NCBI GenBank assembly: GCA_043757865.1
Contig: JAYVOP010000077.1
Span: 768 to 64,767 of the forward strand
Source: Verrucomicrobiales bacterium
Lineage (GTDB): Bacteria > Verrucomicrobiota > Verrucomicrobiia > Verrucomicrobiales > V1-33
DNA: 64,000 nt
Reading direction: 5' to 3'
A program made the position numbers and the translations under genes. Each line of letters opens with the position of its first letter. The stretch's first letter is position 1. Below, piece after piece: positions 47,107 to 55,942 of this stretch. The notes beneath the pieces are model-generated. The model was given only the letters and a program-made list of their open reading frames with translations. It did no database searches and was not told the origin of the DNA.

Positions 47107-47436
47107 TTAGGGCGTTCCTCCGTCCAGTTTCAGTGTCACTACGTCGTCCTTGGTGATGCGTTGGAGTTGGGAGGTTAATCCTAGCGTGTCCATCTGGCTA
47201 GCGATGGAGCCTGCGGAGCTGCGATAAGCTTGATCTACATCCAAGCGACGGATCTCATTGTTGGCCCGTTGGATCTGGCCTTGCAGGTCCGTTAGCTCCT
47301 TATTCTTGCGCTTCTGCTGCATGCCTAACCAAGTGTGAGCAATGCCAAAGGCAGCGATGATCACGACCACGAGGATCATGTTCAGCACGGTCATGGGCTT
47401 GAGTTGGCCGTCGGGGACGAGGTGGCGGAGTTTCAT
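47107..47436 (-). CDS. ftsL: FtsL-like small bitopic division protein.
   Basis: 109 aa with a single TM (VLNMILVVVIIAAFGIA) followed by a coiled-coil-like region. Positioned between rsmH and ftsI. Confidence 0.6.
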   Translation of the reverse strand: MKLRHLVPDGQLKPMTVLNMILVVVIIAAFGIAHTWLGMQQKRKNKELTDLQGQIQRANNEIRRLDVDQAYRSSAGSIASQMDTLGLTSQLQRITKDDVVTLKLDGGTP

Positions 47437-47437
47437 G

Positions 47438-48601
47438 CTAGTGTTGAGTAGTGGCGGGGCTGGCGATGCGTTCGGCCACGCGCAGCTTACAACTGCGCGC
47501 GCGTGGATTGGCGTGGATCTCGGCAGGCGTAGCGATCACGGCCTTGCGCATGACAAGAGAGAAATGATGCAGTGGATTCACCCGTGCCCGGGGCCACTCT
47601 GGACGGTCTATTTCCGCTAGGCTGTGCTCCCGCAGGAAGTGTTTGGCGATACGGTCTTCCAGGCTATTGAATGTTAGTATAACTAATCGTCCGCCTACCG
47701 CCAAGCTTGCTGGCACAGCCTGCAAGGCTCGTTCCAGGCTGGGCAATTCTTGATTTACCTCATAGCGCAGCGCCTGGAACGTCCGTGTGGCGGGGTGTGT
47801 GCGACCCTTCTGCGGCACCACGCTAGCCACCACGGCGGCTAGGTCTGTGGTGAGTAAAATGGCCTTCGTTTCCCGCCGCGTCACGATCGCCCGGGCGATG
47901 TGTTTCGCCGCTGGCTCCTCGCCATAAACCTGGAGCAGCCGCCGCAATTCAGCTTCGTCCCACGTGTTCACGATGTCCTCCGCACTCACCCCCTCCTCGG
48001 GATTAAAGCGCATGTCTAGCCGACCTTCCCGCATGAACGAAAACCCGCGTGAGGCATTCTCTAACTGCCGAGAACTCAGCCCCAGATCTAGGAAAATCCC
48101 ATCCAACAACCGATCCACTCCCGCCCCCGCTAGCAACTGCGGAAAGTCCGCAAAGTTCCCCTGCAACGCCGAAAACCGCTCGGCATAAATTGGCTCCAAC
48201 CTCTGTCGCGCCCGCTCCACGGCCACCAGATCACGATCCGTGGCCATTACATCAGACCCAGATTCTAAAAAAAGCTCCGTATGCCCGGCCCCTCCTAACG
48301 TGCCATCAAGGACCAGTTTCCCCGGCCCTGGCTGGAGAAAATGCACGCACTCCGGCCCCATGATGGGCTTATGATAGGCCTCCCCCGCCAAGCCCCGTGT
48401 GCCCGCCGATCCACTGGCGGCCCAGCCGTCTGCGCTTTGTGCAAAGCGCCCTCCAGCCGCTGGCGATCCCAGCCCAGCCGTCACTAACCGCCCATTTTCA
48501 CTAGCATTCCAGCCGCCCGCCTTCTCGACACGCCGCCCCAGACTGGACTTGCGTCGAGCCAGCAGAGGCGCAGTAACTAAGGGCAACAGCATGGATAACA
48601 A
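47438..48601 (-). CDS. rsmH: 16S rRNA (cytosine1402-N4)-methyltransferase, with an unusual ~75-aa N-terminal extension if the first start codon is used.
   Basis: 'YHKPIMGPECVHFL', 'DGTLGGAGHTE', 'GIFLDLGLSSRQLE...RGFSF', 'LVILTFNSLEDRI'. No ATG lies between the track start and the conserved 'HKP' motif. Confidence 0.85.
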   Translation of the reverse strand: MLSMLLPLVTAPLLARRKSSLGRRVEKAGGWNASENGRLVTAGLGSPAAGGRFAQSADGWAASGSAGTRGLAGEAYHKPIMGPECVHFLQPGPGKLVLDGTLGGAGHTELFLESGSDVMATDRDLVAVERARQRLEPIYAERFSALQGNFADFPQLLAGAGVDRLLDGIFLDLGLSSRQLENASRGFSFMREGRLDMRFNPEEGVSAEDIVNTWDEAELRRLLQVYGEEPAAKHIARAIVTRRETKAILLTTDLAAVVASVVPQKGRTHPATRTFQALRYEVNQELPSLERALQAVPASLAVGGRLVILTFNSLEDRIAKHFLREHSLAEIDRPEWPRARVNPLHHFSLVMRKAVIATPAEIHANPRARSCKLRVAERIASPATTQH

Positions 48602-48903
48602 TTTTGTAAATTCCTCACCGGCACCTGCCGATTTTTAAAACTAACCACATCCAGTATAGCGAAAAGCAGCCTGAATATCAAGCTATATTAAATAATTTAC
48701 ATGGAACCTCCGCACGGTGGTAATATTTAGAAACGAGGCGTGCGTGGCCTGATAATGACTGATTCGGGGGCGGCACCCCCAGGATCACGCTAGCCACCGG
48801 ATGAAACTCCCAAACGCGGATGGGTGGGACTAGAGCTTGAATGCCTGCGGGCACTGCGCCTAAGATACGCCTCCATTTACCCACACCTAGAAACACTAGC
48901 ATT

Positions 48904-50223
48904 ATGCCACATTCCCACCATCGACGTGATTTCCTCAAGACCACTAGCGTTCTCGCTGCCACCTTGGCTGCGCCTGCCATTGTGCAGGCAGCGGCACCGG
49001 ATGCCCGACGCCTGAAGATCGGCTTGATCGGCTGTGGCGGACGCGGCACCGGGGCTGCGGCCAATGCGCTGGGCGCAGACTCTAACGTAGAACTCCACGC
49101 ACTGGGGGATGTGTTCCCTGGTGCCGCCTCGGCAGCGGCTACGACACTGCAAGGCCAGTTTAAAGACCGTGCGAACGTGCCTGCGGAGCGTCTCTTCACC
49201 GGGCTAGATGCATACAAACAAGTGCTAGCCTCCAATCCAGATGTGGTCATCCTCACCACGCCCCCAGGGTTCCGCCCACTGCACTTAGCCGTTGCCGTGG
49301 AGGCGGGGAAACACATCTTCTGTGAAAAGCCCGTGGCCGTAGATCCTGCGGGCATCCGTTCCGTGCTAGCCTCGGCCCGTAAGGCCAAGGAAAAGGGGCT
49401 GAGCCTCACATGTGGGTTCTGCTGGCGCTACAGTCCGAGCAGGCGCGCCATTTTCGATCAGATCCTGAAGGAGAAATCCATCGGTGATGTGGTCAGCTAC
49501 TACGCCACCTACTACACTGGTCCCGTGAAGCCCATGCCGCCCGCTGCAAGCCGGAAGGAAGGTATGAGCGACTTTGAATGGCAACTACGGAACTGGTATA
49601 ACTTTTCCTGGCTCAGTGGAGATAGCATTGCAGAGCAAGCCGTGCATAGCGTGGATAAAACATGCTGGGCTATGGGCGACATTGATCCCATTTCCTGCAT
49701 CGCCAATGGGGGCCGCCAAAATGCGGCGGAAGGCGGGAATATTTACGATCATTTCAATGTGGTCTATGAATACCCAGGCAATGTATTCGTGCATGTGGCC
49801 AACCGCCAAATCCCTAACTGCACTGGCGAAAATGCCGACTACATCACCGGCACCAAGGGCTCTGCGATCATTAACGGAGGCCGCGTGCAGATCCTGGGCG
49901 AGCACAAATGGAGCTACCCAGAAGAGCAGGCGGAGAAGGACCGGGACATGTATGACCAAGAGCACGTGGAGTTCTTTGAAAGCATCCGCCAAGGCAAAGC
50001 CCACAATGATGGAGAATGGATGGCGCACAGCTCGCTAGTGGCCATCATGGGCCGCATGGCCGCCTATACTGGAAAACGCATCACCTGGAAAGCCAGCGCG
50101 GATGGCAAATGGCCGGGCATGTTAGAATCCAAGGAAGACCTAGCTCCAGAGGCCACGCTGCAATGGGATTCTAGCTTCACGCCCCACGTGCTGCCAGTGC
50201 CAGGGAAATATCCACTCGTGTAG
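48904..50223 (+). CDS. TAT-exported Gfo/Idh/MocA-family oxidoreductase.
   Basis: ATG at 48904. Twin-arginine signal 'HHRRDFLKTTSVLAATLAAPAIVQA'; Rossmann 'LKIGLIGCGGRG'; 'EKP' motif 'IFCEKPVA'. Confidence 0.85.
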   Translation: MPHSHHRRDFLKTTSVLAATLAAPAIVQAAAPDARRLKIGLIGCGGRGTGAAANALGADSNVELHALGDVFPGAASAAATTLQGQFKDRANVPAERLFTGLDAYKQVLASNPDVVILTTPPGFRPLHLAVAVEAGKHIFCEKPVAVDPAGIRSVLASARKAKEKGLSLTCGFCWRYSPSRRAIFDQILKEKSIGDVVSYYATYYTGPVKPMPPAASRKEGMSDFEWQLRNWYNFSWLSGDSIAEQAVHSVDKTCWAMGDIDPISCIANGGRQNAAEGGNIYDHFNVVYEYPGNVFVHVANRQIPNCTGENADYITGTKGSAIINGGRVQILGEHKWSYPEEQAEKDRDMYDQEHVEFFESIRQGKAHNDGEWMAHSSLVAIMGRMAAYTGKRITWKASADGKWPGMLESKEDLAPEATLQWDSSFTPHVLPVPGKYPLV

Positions 50224-50233
50224 CCTAGCTGCT

Positions 50234-51631
50234 ATGAAACGCGCGTTGCTCTGTTTGATTCTGGCCAGCCTTGGGGGCTGCTCAGACCGTGCAGAGCAAT
50301 CGCGGGCGGTGTTGCAGCGGCAGAAACTGGATTTCTCTGTCGATGATTATTTCAATGCTGCTCGCCAAGGGAAGCTCGAAGCTGTGCAGGCATTTCTCAC
50401 GGCGGGGATGAAGCCAGAGGTCACGGACGCGCAGGGAAATACGGCCTTACTCCTAGCCGCCGAGGCGGGGCATGGCCATGTGGTGCGGTTCCTTTTGGAA
50501 CAACATGCCAAGGCCAACATCGCTCGGGCCGACGGGGATACGCCGCTGATCGTGGCCGCTCGTCAGGGGGATCGGGAGGCCGTGCGCGCCTTACTGGACG
50601 CGGGTGCGGACGCCAATGCGCGCAATGCGCAAGACCTCACGCCGCTGGCCGAAGCCGCGCTGGAAGGCCAAGTGTCCGCGCTGGAAATCCTGGCACCCCA
50701 CTCCCGCAGTTCCTTGGATTATTCCTTGCAACTAGCGGCGGTGAAAGGTCGCACGGAAGTAATCGAAGCCTTGCTCAAGGCGGGAGCGAACGTGCTGACG
50801 CGCAGTTCAGAGAATCGCACCCCGCTGATGTATGCTGCCAAATACGGCCATGCCGAGGCGGTGCGCTTACTTCTGGAACGCGGTTCCAATGCCTTGGCCC
50901 TGGATGATGATCTGAAAACTGCCGCCATGTTAGCAGAAGCCGATTCTCACCCTGAGGCGGTGGCCATTCTCAATGAGCCGCCCGCGCCAACGCTGGCTGT
51001 AGAGCCCGGAGAGTTTGGCCCAGTAGTCACGGCATCGAATTCTGGCGGAGTGATCCCGAGTCCGCATGGACTAGCGGCTAGCGTGGCGGCTCCCGCCGGG
51101 AAATTAAGTGGACATCAATTTACCGAAACCACCCCCACCGTCTTCGCCAGCGATCTGCGTGCGGTGCTGAAATTTTCCGCCTACCGGGAGCGGCAACTTC
51201 CCTTCATCCTCACGCAGGTGGCGGATGATCAGAGCAGTGCGCAAGTGCAACTCCTCACCGGTACACATGCAGAGGCCACGGTGGCGGTGGGGCAGAGTAT
51301 TCCGAGCACCCATTTACAGATCGTCTCCGCCACCCATCGGCTAGCCGCTTCCAAGGCCGGCCGGGGGAAATTGTTTGATGTGTCCACGGTCTTGGTGCGG
51401 GATGAACAATCGGGCGAGCGCGTGCTCGCCCAGTTGAATCAAGCGGTGACTACCGCCGATAGCTTCGGCGTGCTGCGCGCCACGGCGGATGGCAGCACGT
51501 GGGAAACGCGCGTGGGAGATCGTTTCCAATGCGGCAGCCACCAGTATCGCGTGTTGGATGTGCGTCCCACTCAAGTGCTAGTAGAGGACCGTGCCAGTAA
51601 GGAAACGGTGGTGCTGGATGGGATCAAATAA
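50234..51631 (+). CDS. Ankyrin-repeat lipoprotein.
   Basis: Lipobox 'LASLGGCS'. At least five ankyrin repeats ('GNTALLLAAEAGHGHVVRFLLE', 'GDTPLIVAARQGDREAVRALLDAGADAN', 'RTPLMYAAKYGHAEAVRLLLERG'). Confidence 0.8.
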   Translation: MKRALLCLILASLGGCSDRAEQSRAVLQRQKLDFSVDDYFNAARQGKLEAVQAFLTAGMKPEVTDAQGNTALLLAAEAGHGHVVRFLLEQHAKANIARADGDTPLIVAARQGDREAVRALLDAGADANARNAQDLTPLAEAALEGQVSALEILAPHSRSSLDYSLQLAAVKGRTEVIEALLKAGANVLTRSSENRTPLMYAAKYGHAEAVRLLLERGSNALALDDDLKTAAMLAEADSHPEAVAILNEPPAPTLAVEPGEFGPVVTASNSGGVIPSPHGLAASVAAPAGKLSGHQFTETTPTVFASDLRAVLKFSAYRERQLPFILTQVADDQSSAQVQLLTGTHAEATVAVGQSIPSTHLQIVSATHRLAASKAGRGKLFDVSTVLVRDEQSGERVLAQLNQAVTTADSFGVLRATADGSTWETRVGDRFQCGSHQYRVLDVRPTQVLVEDRASKETVVLDGIK

Positions 51632-51720
51632 GTCTGGCAGAGCGGCCCATCTGGGAGCAACTTTGCAAATCATGCAGAACCTGCTTGCCGAAGTGGAAAA
51701 TATTTCCCAGAATTTTATTT

Positions 51721-52827
51721 ATGCTTCCCTCAGCAGACGAACCCCAGAATCCTTATGAAGACGCCCCGTGGCGTAGCGTGCTGGCTATGCTTGCGGAGCG
51801 GGGATTCTGTCCCACGCCATTGCAGGGGTTGAGCGGGTTTGAGCTGCGGGGAAGGCTGTGGGAATTGCTCTATGCGATGGCGGGGAAGCGGCTGTTCTTT
51901 TTTCACAGTGACCATCTGAGTGATCGGGAGTTCTATCAATGGCTAGAAACGAAGTGGCTGCCGGGGCAGGCGGCGGATTTGCCAGCATCAAGTGAGTGGA
52001 ATTGCCATGTGGACGTGAGTGAGTCTGGCACGGCTTCCGCCACGGGGGAGGAGCTGTATTTGCGCTATTATGCGGACGCAGCGCATCGGCAGCATTGGGT
52101 CCAGACCCATGCGGCCGAGCGCGTGCCTGCGCACCGAGCGTTGCCGCACCATCGGGACCAATATTTACCACGGCCTCATGCTCCCGTGCGCCAGGATTGG
52201 CCGCTGCCGGGGTGGCTGGAAGACTGGGAGCAGGAGGATGACGACGAGGATACAGATGAGGTGGGCTTTGCGGATGGGGATGATCCGTTAGGGCTAGCGG
52301 CGGTGGATCGGGAAATCCATCGACGCGCGCAGCCGATGGATGAGGATGTCCCGTGGTCTGAGGGGCCGAGCTTCTTTGGCGTGCGGACGGATGAAACGGC
52401 GTTTCTGCGGCCCATCGATGTCTTGCAGCAGCGGCACTACACGCCGCTGCCCATGGCGGAACTAACGGAGGAAACGCTGGCCCCGGCCACGTGGGAACTG
52501 CTGCATGAGCTAAGCCGCATGAATTTCTACGTGGTTCATACGGATCATTTGAGTGATGCGGAACTCTACCAGGAACTCACGCAGCAGGTGCTGCGGCAGC
52601 GGGTAATCATCCCGGAGCTGCTGGAGACGGCGGCGTGTTATCACGATTGTGTGCATCGTCGGGGGGATGATGGCGCGGAAGCGGTGGCGCTGTGGCTGAC
52701 TTACTATGCGAGTGAGCAGGCGCGGCAGGCGTATGCGCGGCAGCACCCGGCGGAGTCGGTGCCGACGGTGCGGGCGTTGCCGGAGCGGCGGGATTGGCGG
52801 CTGCCGCAGTTGCCGGTGCGGCCCTGA
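51721..52827 (+). CDS. Cytoplasmic protein of unknown function built from two tandem copies of a ~140-aa domain joined by an acidic linker.
   Basis: Repeat 1 'LWELLYAMAGKRLFFFHSDHLSDREFYQ...LRYYADAAHRQHW...VPAHRALP'. Repeat 2 'TWELLHELSRMNFYVVHTDHLSDAELYQ...LTYYASEQARQAY...VPTVRALP'. Linker 'EDWEQEDDDEDTDE'. Confidence 0.5.
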   Translation: MLPSADEPQNPYEDAPWRSVLAMLAERGFCPTPLQGLSGFELRGRLWELLYAMAGKRLFFFHSDHLSDREFYQWLETKWLPGQAADLPASSEWNCHVDVSESGTASATGEELYLRYYADAAHRQHWVQTHAAERVPAHRALPHHRDQYLPRPHAPVRQDWPLPGWLEDWEQEDDDEDTDEVGFADGDDPLGLAAVDREIHRRAQPMDEDVPWSEGPSFFGVRTDETAFLRPIDVLQQRHYTPLPMAELTEETLAPATWELLHELSRMNFYVVHTDHLSDAELYQELTQQVLRQRVIIPELLETAACYHDCVHRRGDDGAEAVALWLTYYASEQARQAYARQHPAESVPTVRALPERRDWRLPQLPVRP

Positions 52828-52856
52828 GGCCGCTGTGTGAGGTAGGAGGGGAAAGT

Positions 52857-54149
52857 TTATTTTGCCAGATCCACTTGGATGGGGGCGCGCTCGAAGTCCT
52901 CTACGGCTAGCAGCGGCTGGTGCCCATGGCCGAAGAGTCGGGCGATCCAGCCATCCGGGACGATTTCTAGGCGAGTGTTGTAGGCCGTGGCGATGTCGTT
53001 GAAATAAGCGCGGGCCAGGGCGATGCGTTGCTCCGTGTCTACGAGCTGCGCCTGAAGTTGGCCGAAGGCAGCACTGGCTTTGAGGTCTGGGTAGCGCTCG
53101 CCTAACGTCTGGAGGGTATTGGTGAGGCCGCGGTGCCGCGCCTCGGTGCTGAGGCCTGCGCCTGCGGCGGTCTCGGCCCGCAAAGTGGCTAGGCCGCTCT
53201 GCACATCGGCCTCATGGCTCCGCAGCGCTTCCACGGCGGCTACGATGCTGGGGATTAGATCATGGCGGCGTTTCAACTGCACTTCCAATGAGGACCAGCC
53301 CTGGCGCATCCGATTTCGCACGTCGATCAGCATGTTATAGACGAGGATAAACCACGTGATAAAGGCCAGGGTTAGGTAAATGCTGCCGCCCACCACTGCC
53401 GCTGGCCACCACACCTGCGGCACGCCACTGAGCAGCACCGCCGCGCCTGCTGCTAAGCCCATGCCGAGCACGTTTAACCCATGCAGGAACCAGCCCATGC
53501 GGCTGAGTAATTGATCCTCCGTTTCCACGGTTAGCAGGAGCGGAGCCGTCTGCTCGTGCGCTAACTCCGGGGCCACCACGTCTTCCCGCTCCCGCGCTTG
53601 GCCGACGACGAACAGTGGGTGATGCAGCGGGATGCCGTTCTCGCTAAACTGCCGGACGAACGTGGAATCCATGATCGCCCCGCGGGGCCCCTTGCCATAA
53701 TAGAACGGATGCCCCGGCGTGCAGGTGTCTGAGTAGAATGTCTTGGAATGCACCTCCGCCCCATTCGGACGGATCAAGACCACGCCCGTGTCGTCCTGCA
53801 GATAAAAGGGCGTTTCCTCACCACCAGAGGCCACGTTTGTCCATCCAGACTCAATGCGGGTGCGGGTGCAGCGCTGGCCTTGGTCATCCTCGTATTCCTC
53901 CTCCACCTCCCGTCGCCATTCTTCGGAGACGGTATAGGAATAGAGGACGCACGTTTCTTCAGCTAAGAAGGAACGCAGCGTTTGCTCGCTCTCAGCGGTG
54001 CCTTTCAATTCCACGAGGCCGATGAAAATGCCCTGGGTCTTGGAGGTCGGTAAATTCCCAATCAACCGCCGCCGTCGGTTCGTCCGGTGACTGCCCCAGA
54101 GACAAAGCAGGGACAGGATGGGCAGCAAAATGGAGAAGAAGAGCGGCAT
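52857..54149 (-). CDS. Fusion protein: N-terminal membrane-anchored GIDE-like domain + C-terminal LemA domain.
   Basis: TM + 'KTQGIFIGLVELKGTAES...' (GIDE-like), two central TM helices, and LemA-like 'RRHDLIPSIVAAVEALRSHE...ERYPDLKASAAFGQLQAQL...TEQRIALARAYFNDIATAYNTRLEIVP'. Confidence 0.7.
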   Translation of the reverse strand: MPLFFSILLPILSLLCLWGSHRTNRRRRLIGNLPTSKTQGIFIGLVELKGTAESEQTLRSFLAEETCVLYSYTVSEEWRREVEEEYEDDQGQRCTRTRIESGWTNVASGGEETPFYLQDDTGVVLIRPNGAEVHSKTFYSDTCTPGHPFYYGKGPRGAIMDSTFVRQFSENGIPLHHPLFVVGQAREREDVVAPELAHEQTAPLLLTVETEDQLLSRMGWFLHGLNVLGMGLAAGAAVLLSGVPQVWWPAAVVGGSIYLTLAFITWFILVYNMLIDVRNRMRQGWSSLEVQLKRRHDLIPSIVAAVEALRSHEADVQSGLATLRAETAAGAGLSTEARHRGLTNTLQTLGERYPDLKASAAFGQLQAQLVDTEQRIALARAYFNDIATAYNTRLEIVPDGWIARLFGHGHQPLLAVEDFERAPIQVDLAK

Positions 54150-54952
54150 GGCGGAGGAAGTGGCTGCCCATCACCCGGCCCGTAAACTTCGTCAAGGGGT
54201 CCTCTGCCGCTGGCTGCGAGTTCGCGGTGGCTCTTAAACAGATAAATCACTAACGCGATGGTGGCAAAGACCCCATAGCCGATCATAAACTCGACAAATG
54301 TAGAGGTCATCCATGCCACCGCCATTAACAGCCGGAAAACAGGTGTATCCAAGCAAAACGCCACGATCCGAGCCGCCCACCAAAATGGCGTATGGGCGCG
54401 CTCATCCTGGTATTGTTTCGCCCCCCCATGGTCCACATAGCCCTTAAGCCAAATCACGAGCGCGAGGGCGATGTTAGGCACGGAGGTAAAGAGAATCATG
54501 GGCCCCACCCAAGTCAGCAACATTTCATGCCGAGCCGGAGCCTGGAGGCAGAGAATGCCAGGGATGCACAACATCGCGATCCCATCCAAGGTCTTATCCA
54601 AAATGGCCCCAAATGCCGTGGTGGATCCGGTCCCGCGCGCCAGCACGCCATCTGCGCAGTCCAAGATGTAGGCTAGTTGCGTTCCTACTAACAGCACTAG
54701 ACCGCCATACCACACATCCTCTATCAACCCCGCCATCACTGCCGCTGCAATGCCCACGAGGAAGCTGAGGATACTGACAAAATTGGGGGTGAGCCGCAGC
54801 ACATAAGCCAGATAAGCCAGCCGCACCCCCAGCGGATAGGAAAAAGCCCGCGTGCCCATTGAGGCGGAGGGCACGATCCCGTGAGGAACAAAATCCGCTA
54901 GCGCTAGGTTAGTGCTAGGCTCAGCAGCGGCGGAGGGGGCGGGACTGAGCAT
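54062..54952 (-). CDS. CDP-alcohol phosphatidyltransferase family protein.
   Basis: Exact family motif 'DCADGVLARGTGSTTAFGAILDKTLD' (DG-x2-AR-x8-G-x3-D-x3-D) and multiple TM helices. The 3' tail overlaps the next gene by 88 nt, out of frame. Confidence 0.8.
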   Translation of the reverse strand: MLSPAPSAAAEPSTNLALADFVPHGIVPSASMGTRAFSYPLGVRLAYLAYVLRLTPNFVSILSFLVGIAAAVMAGLIEDVWYGGLVLLVGTQLAYILDCADGVLARGTGSTTAFGAILDKTLDGIAMLCIPGILCLQAPARHEMLLTWVGPMILFTSVPNIALALVIWLKGYVDHGGAKQYQDERAHTPFWWAARIVAFCLDTPVFRLLMAVAWMTSTFVEFMIGYGVFATIALVIYLFKSHRELAASGRGPLDEVYGPGDGQPLPPPCRSSSPFCCPSCPCFVSGAVTGRTDGGG

Positions 54953-55147
54953 GACTCGGTTAAAGGAATGGGGGGGAGGAGAAATCTGACATTCTTGTAA
55001 CCAATGATCTCGCCCGTCGTCAAGGGTAGAGTGACTCTACCAATGATCGTGAACGCTGCTATTTTGACTGCTCAGGGAAGCGTGAATTTGGTTGCATTCT
55101 AAAATATTTGTCATAATCAACGCCCCATTTCCTCCTTCTTGTTCCCC

Positions 55148-55789
55148 ATGCCACACCGTAAAGCGAGCCACCTCGACTTCATTTCCTACTGGGATTCCTT
55201 CTACCGCCAAGACCACTTGCAAGAGCCGAGTGATTTTGCCGCTTTTGTGCACCGCGTCTTTTTGGCTAGCGGACAGTCTGTCCTGGAGATCGGCTGTGGC
55301 AACGGCCGCGACGCCCATTTTCTCAGTCGCGCGGGGATGAAAGTCACCGGGGTGGACCTCTCTGCAGAGGCCATCGCCCAGTGCCGGGAAGGCAATCATC
55401 GGGCGGAGTTTATTCAGGGGGATTTCTCAGAGTTGCATTTGCCCGAGCGTTTTCATAACATTTATTCCCGGTTCACGCTTCATTCTGTGGACGAGGCGGC
55501 AGAGAGACGCACCTTGGCTGGCGTGGCGGAGCATCTGGCACCGGGGGGCACTTTTTTTATCGAAGTGCGCACTATCCTGGATGAACTTTGTGGCCAAGGA
55601 GAGCGGATCTCCGAGAAGGAATGGATCCACCAGGGGCACTACCGCCGCTTCATCATCCCGGAAAATCTGCTCGGTCGGCTGCGTAAGGCGGGATTCCTCC
55701 CCCATTACATTCATCTGGCTAGAGGCCTGGCGCGGTGGCAGTCCCAGGACCCTATCGTCCTGCGCGTCGCAGTCAAACTAGCCGCATAG
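55148..55789 (+). CDS. Class I SAM-dependent methyltransferase.
   Basis: 'VLEIGCGNGRDAHFL' (motif I), 'VTGVDLS', 'FIQGDF', 'LAPGGTFFIEV'. I prefer the ATG at 55148 over the TTG at 55139. Confidence 0.8.
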   Translation: MPHRKASHLDFISYWDSFYRQDHLQEPSDFAAFVHRVFLASGQSVLEIGCGNGRDAHFLSRAGMKVTGVDLSAEAIAQCREGNHRAEFIQGDFSELHLPERFHNIYSRFTLHSVDEAAERRTLAGVAEHLAPGGTFFIEVRTILDELCGQGERISEKEWIHQGHYRRFIIPENLLGRLRKAGFLPHYIHLARGLARWQSQDPIVLRVAVKLAA

Positions 55790-55942
55790 ATGCAGAGATA
55801 GGCAAAATTTGAAAAAATTTCACGCCTAACTTCATTCCAAGATTGACACTCCGTAGGAATTTCTCTTACGCTCGGTATGTGCAATGTAAATAATCCATCG
55901 CGCACTCAGCCCACACGCCCCCTCCATCCCCCCCCTGCGAAT

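Noticed and set aside
48678-49409. A 243-aa minus-strand ORF overlapping the start of the Gfo/Idh/MocA gene.
   Set aside because: It is antisense to a gene with a clear TAT signal and Rossmann motif, and it has no features of its own.
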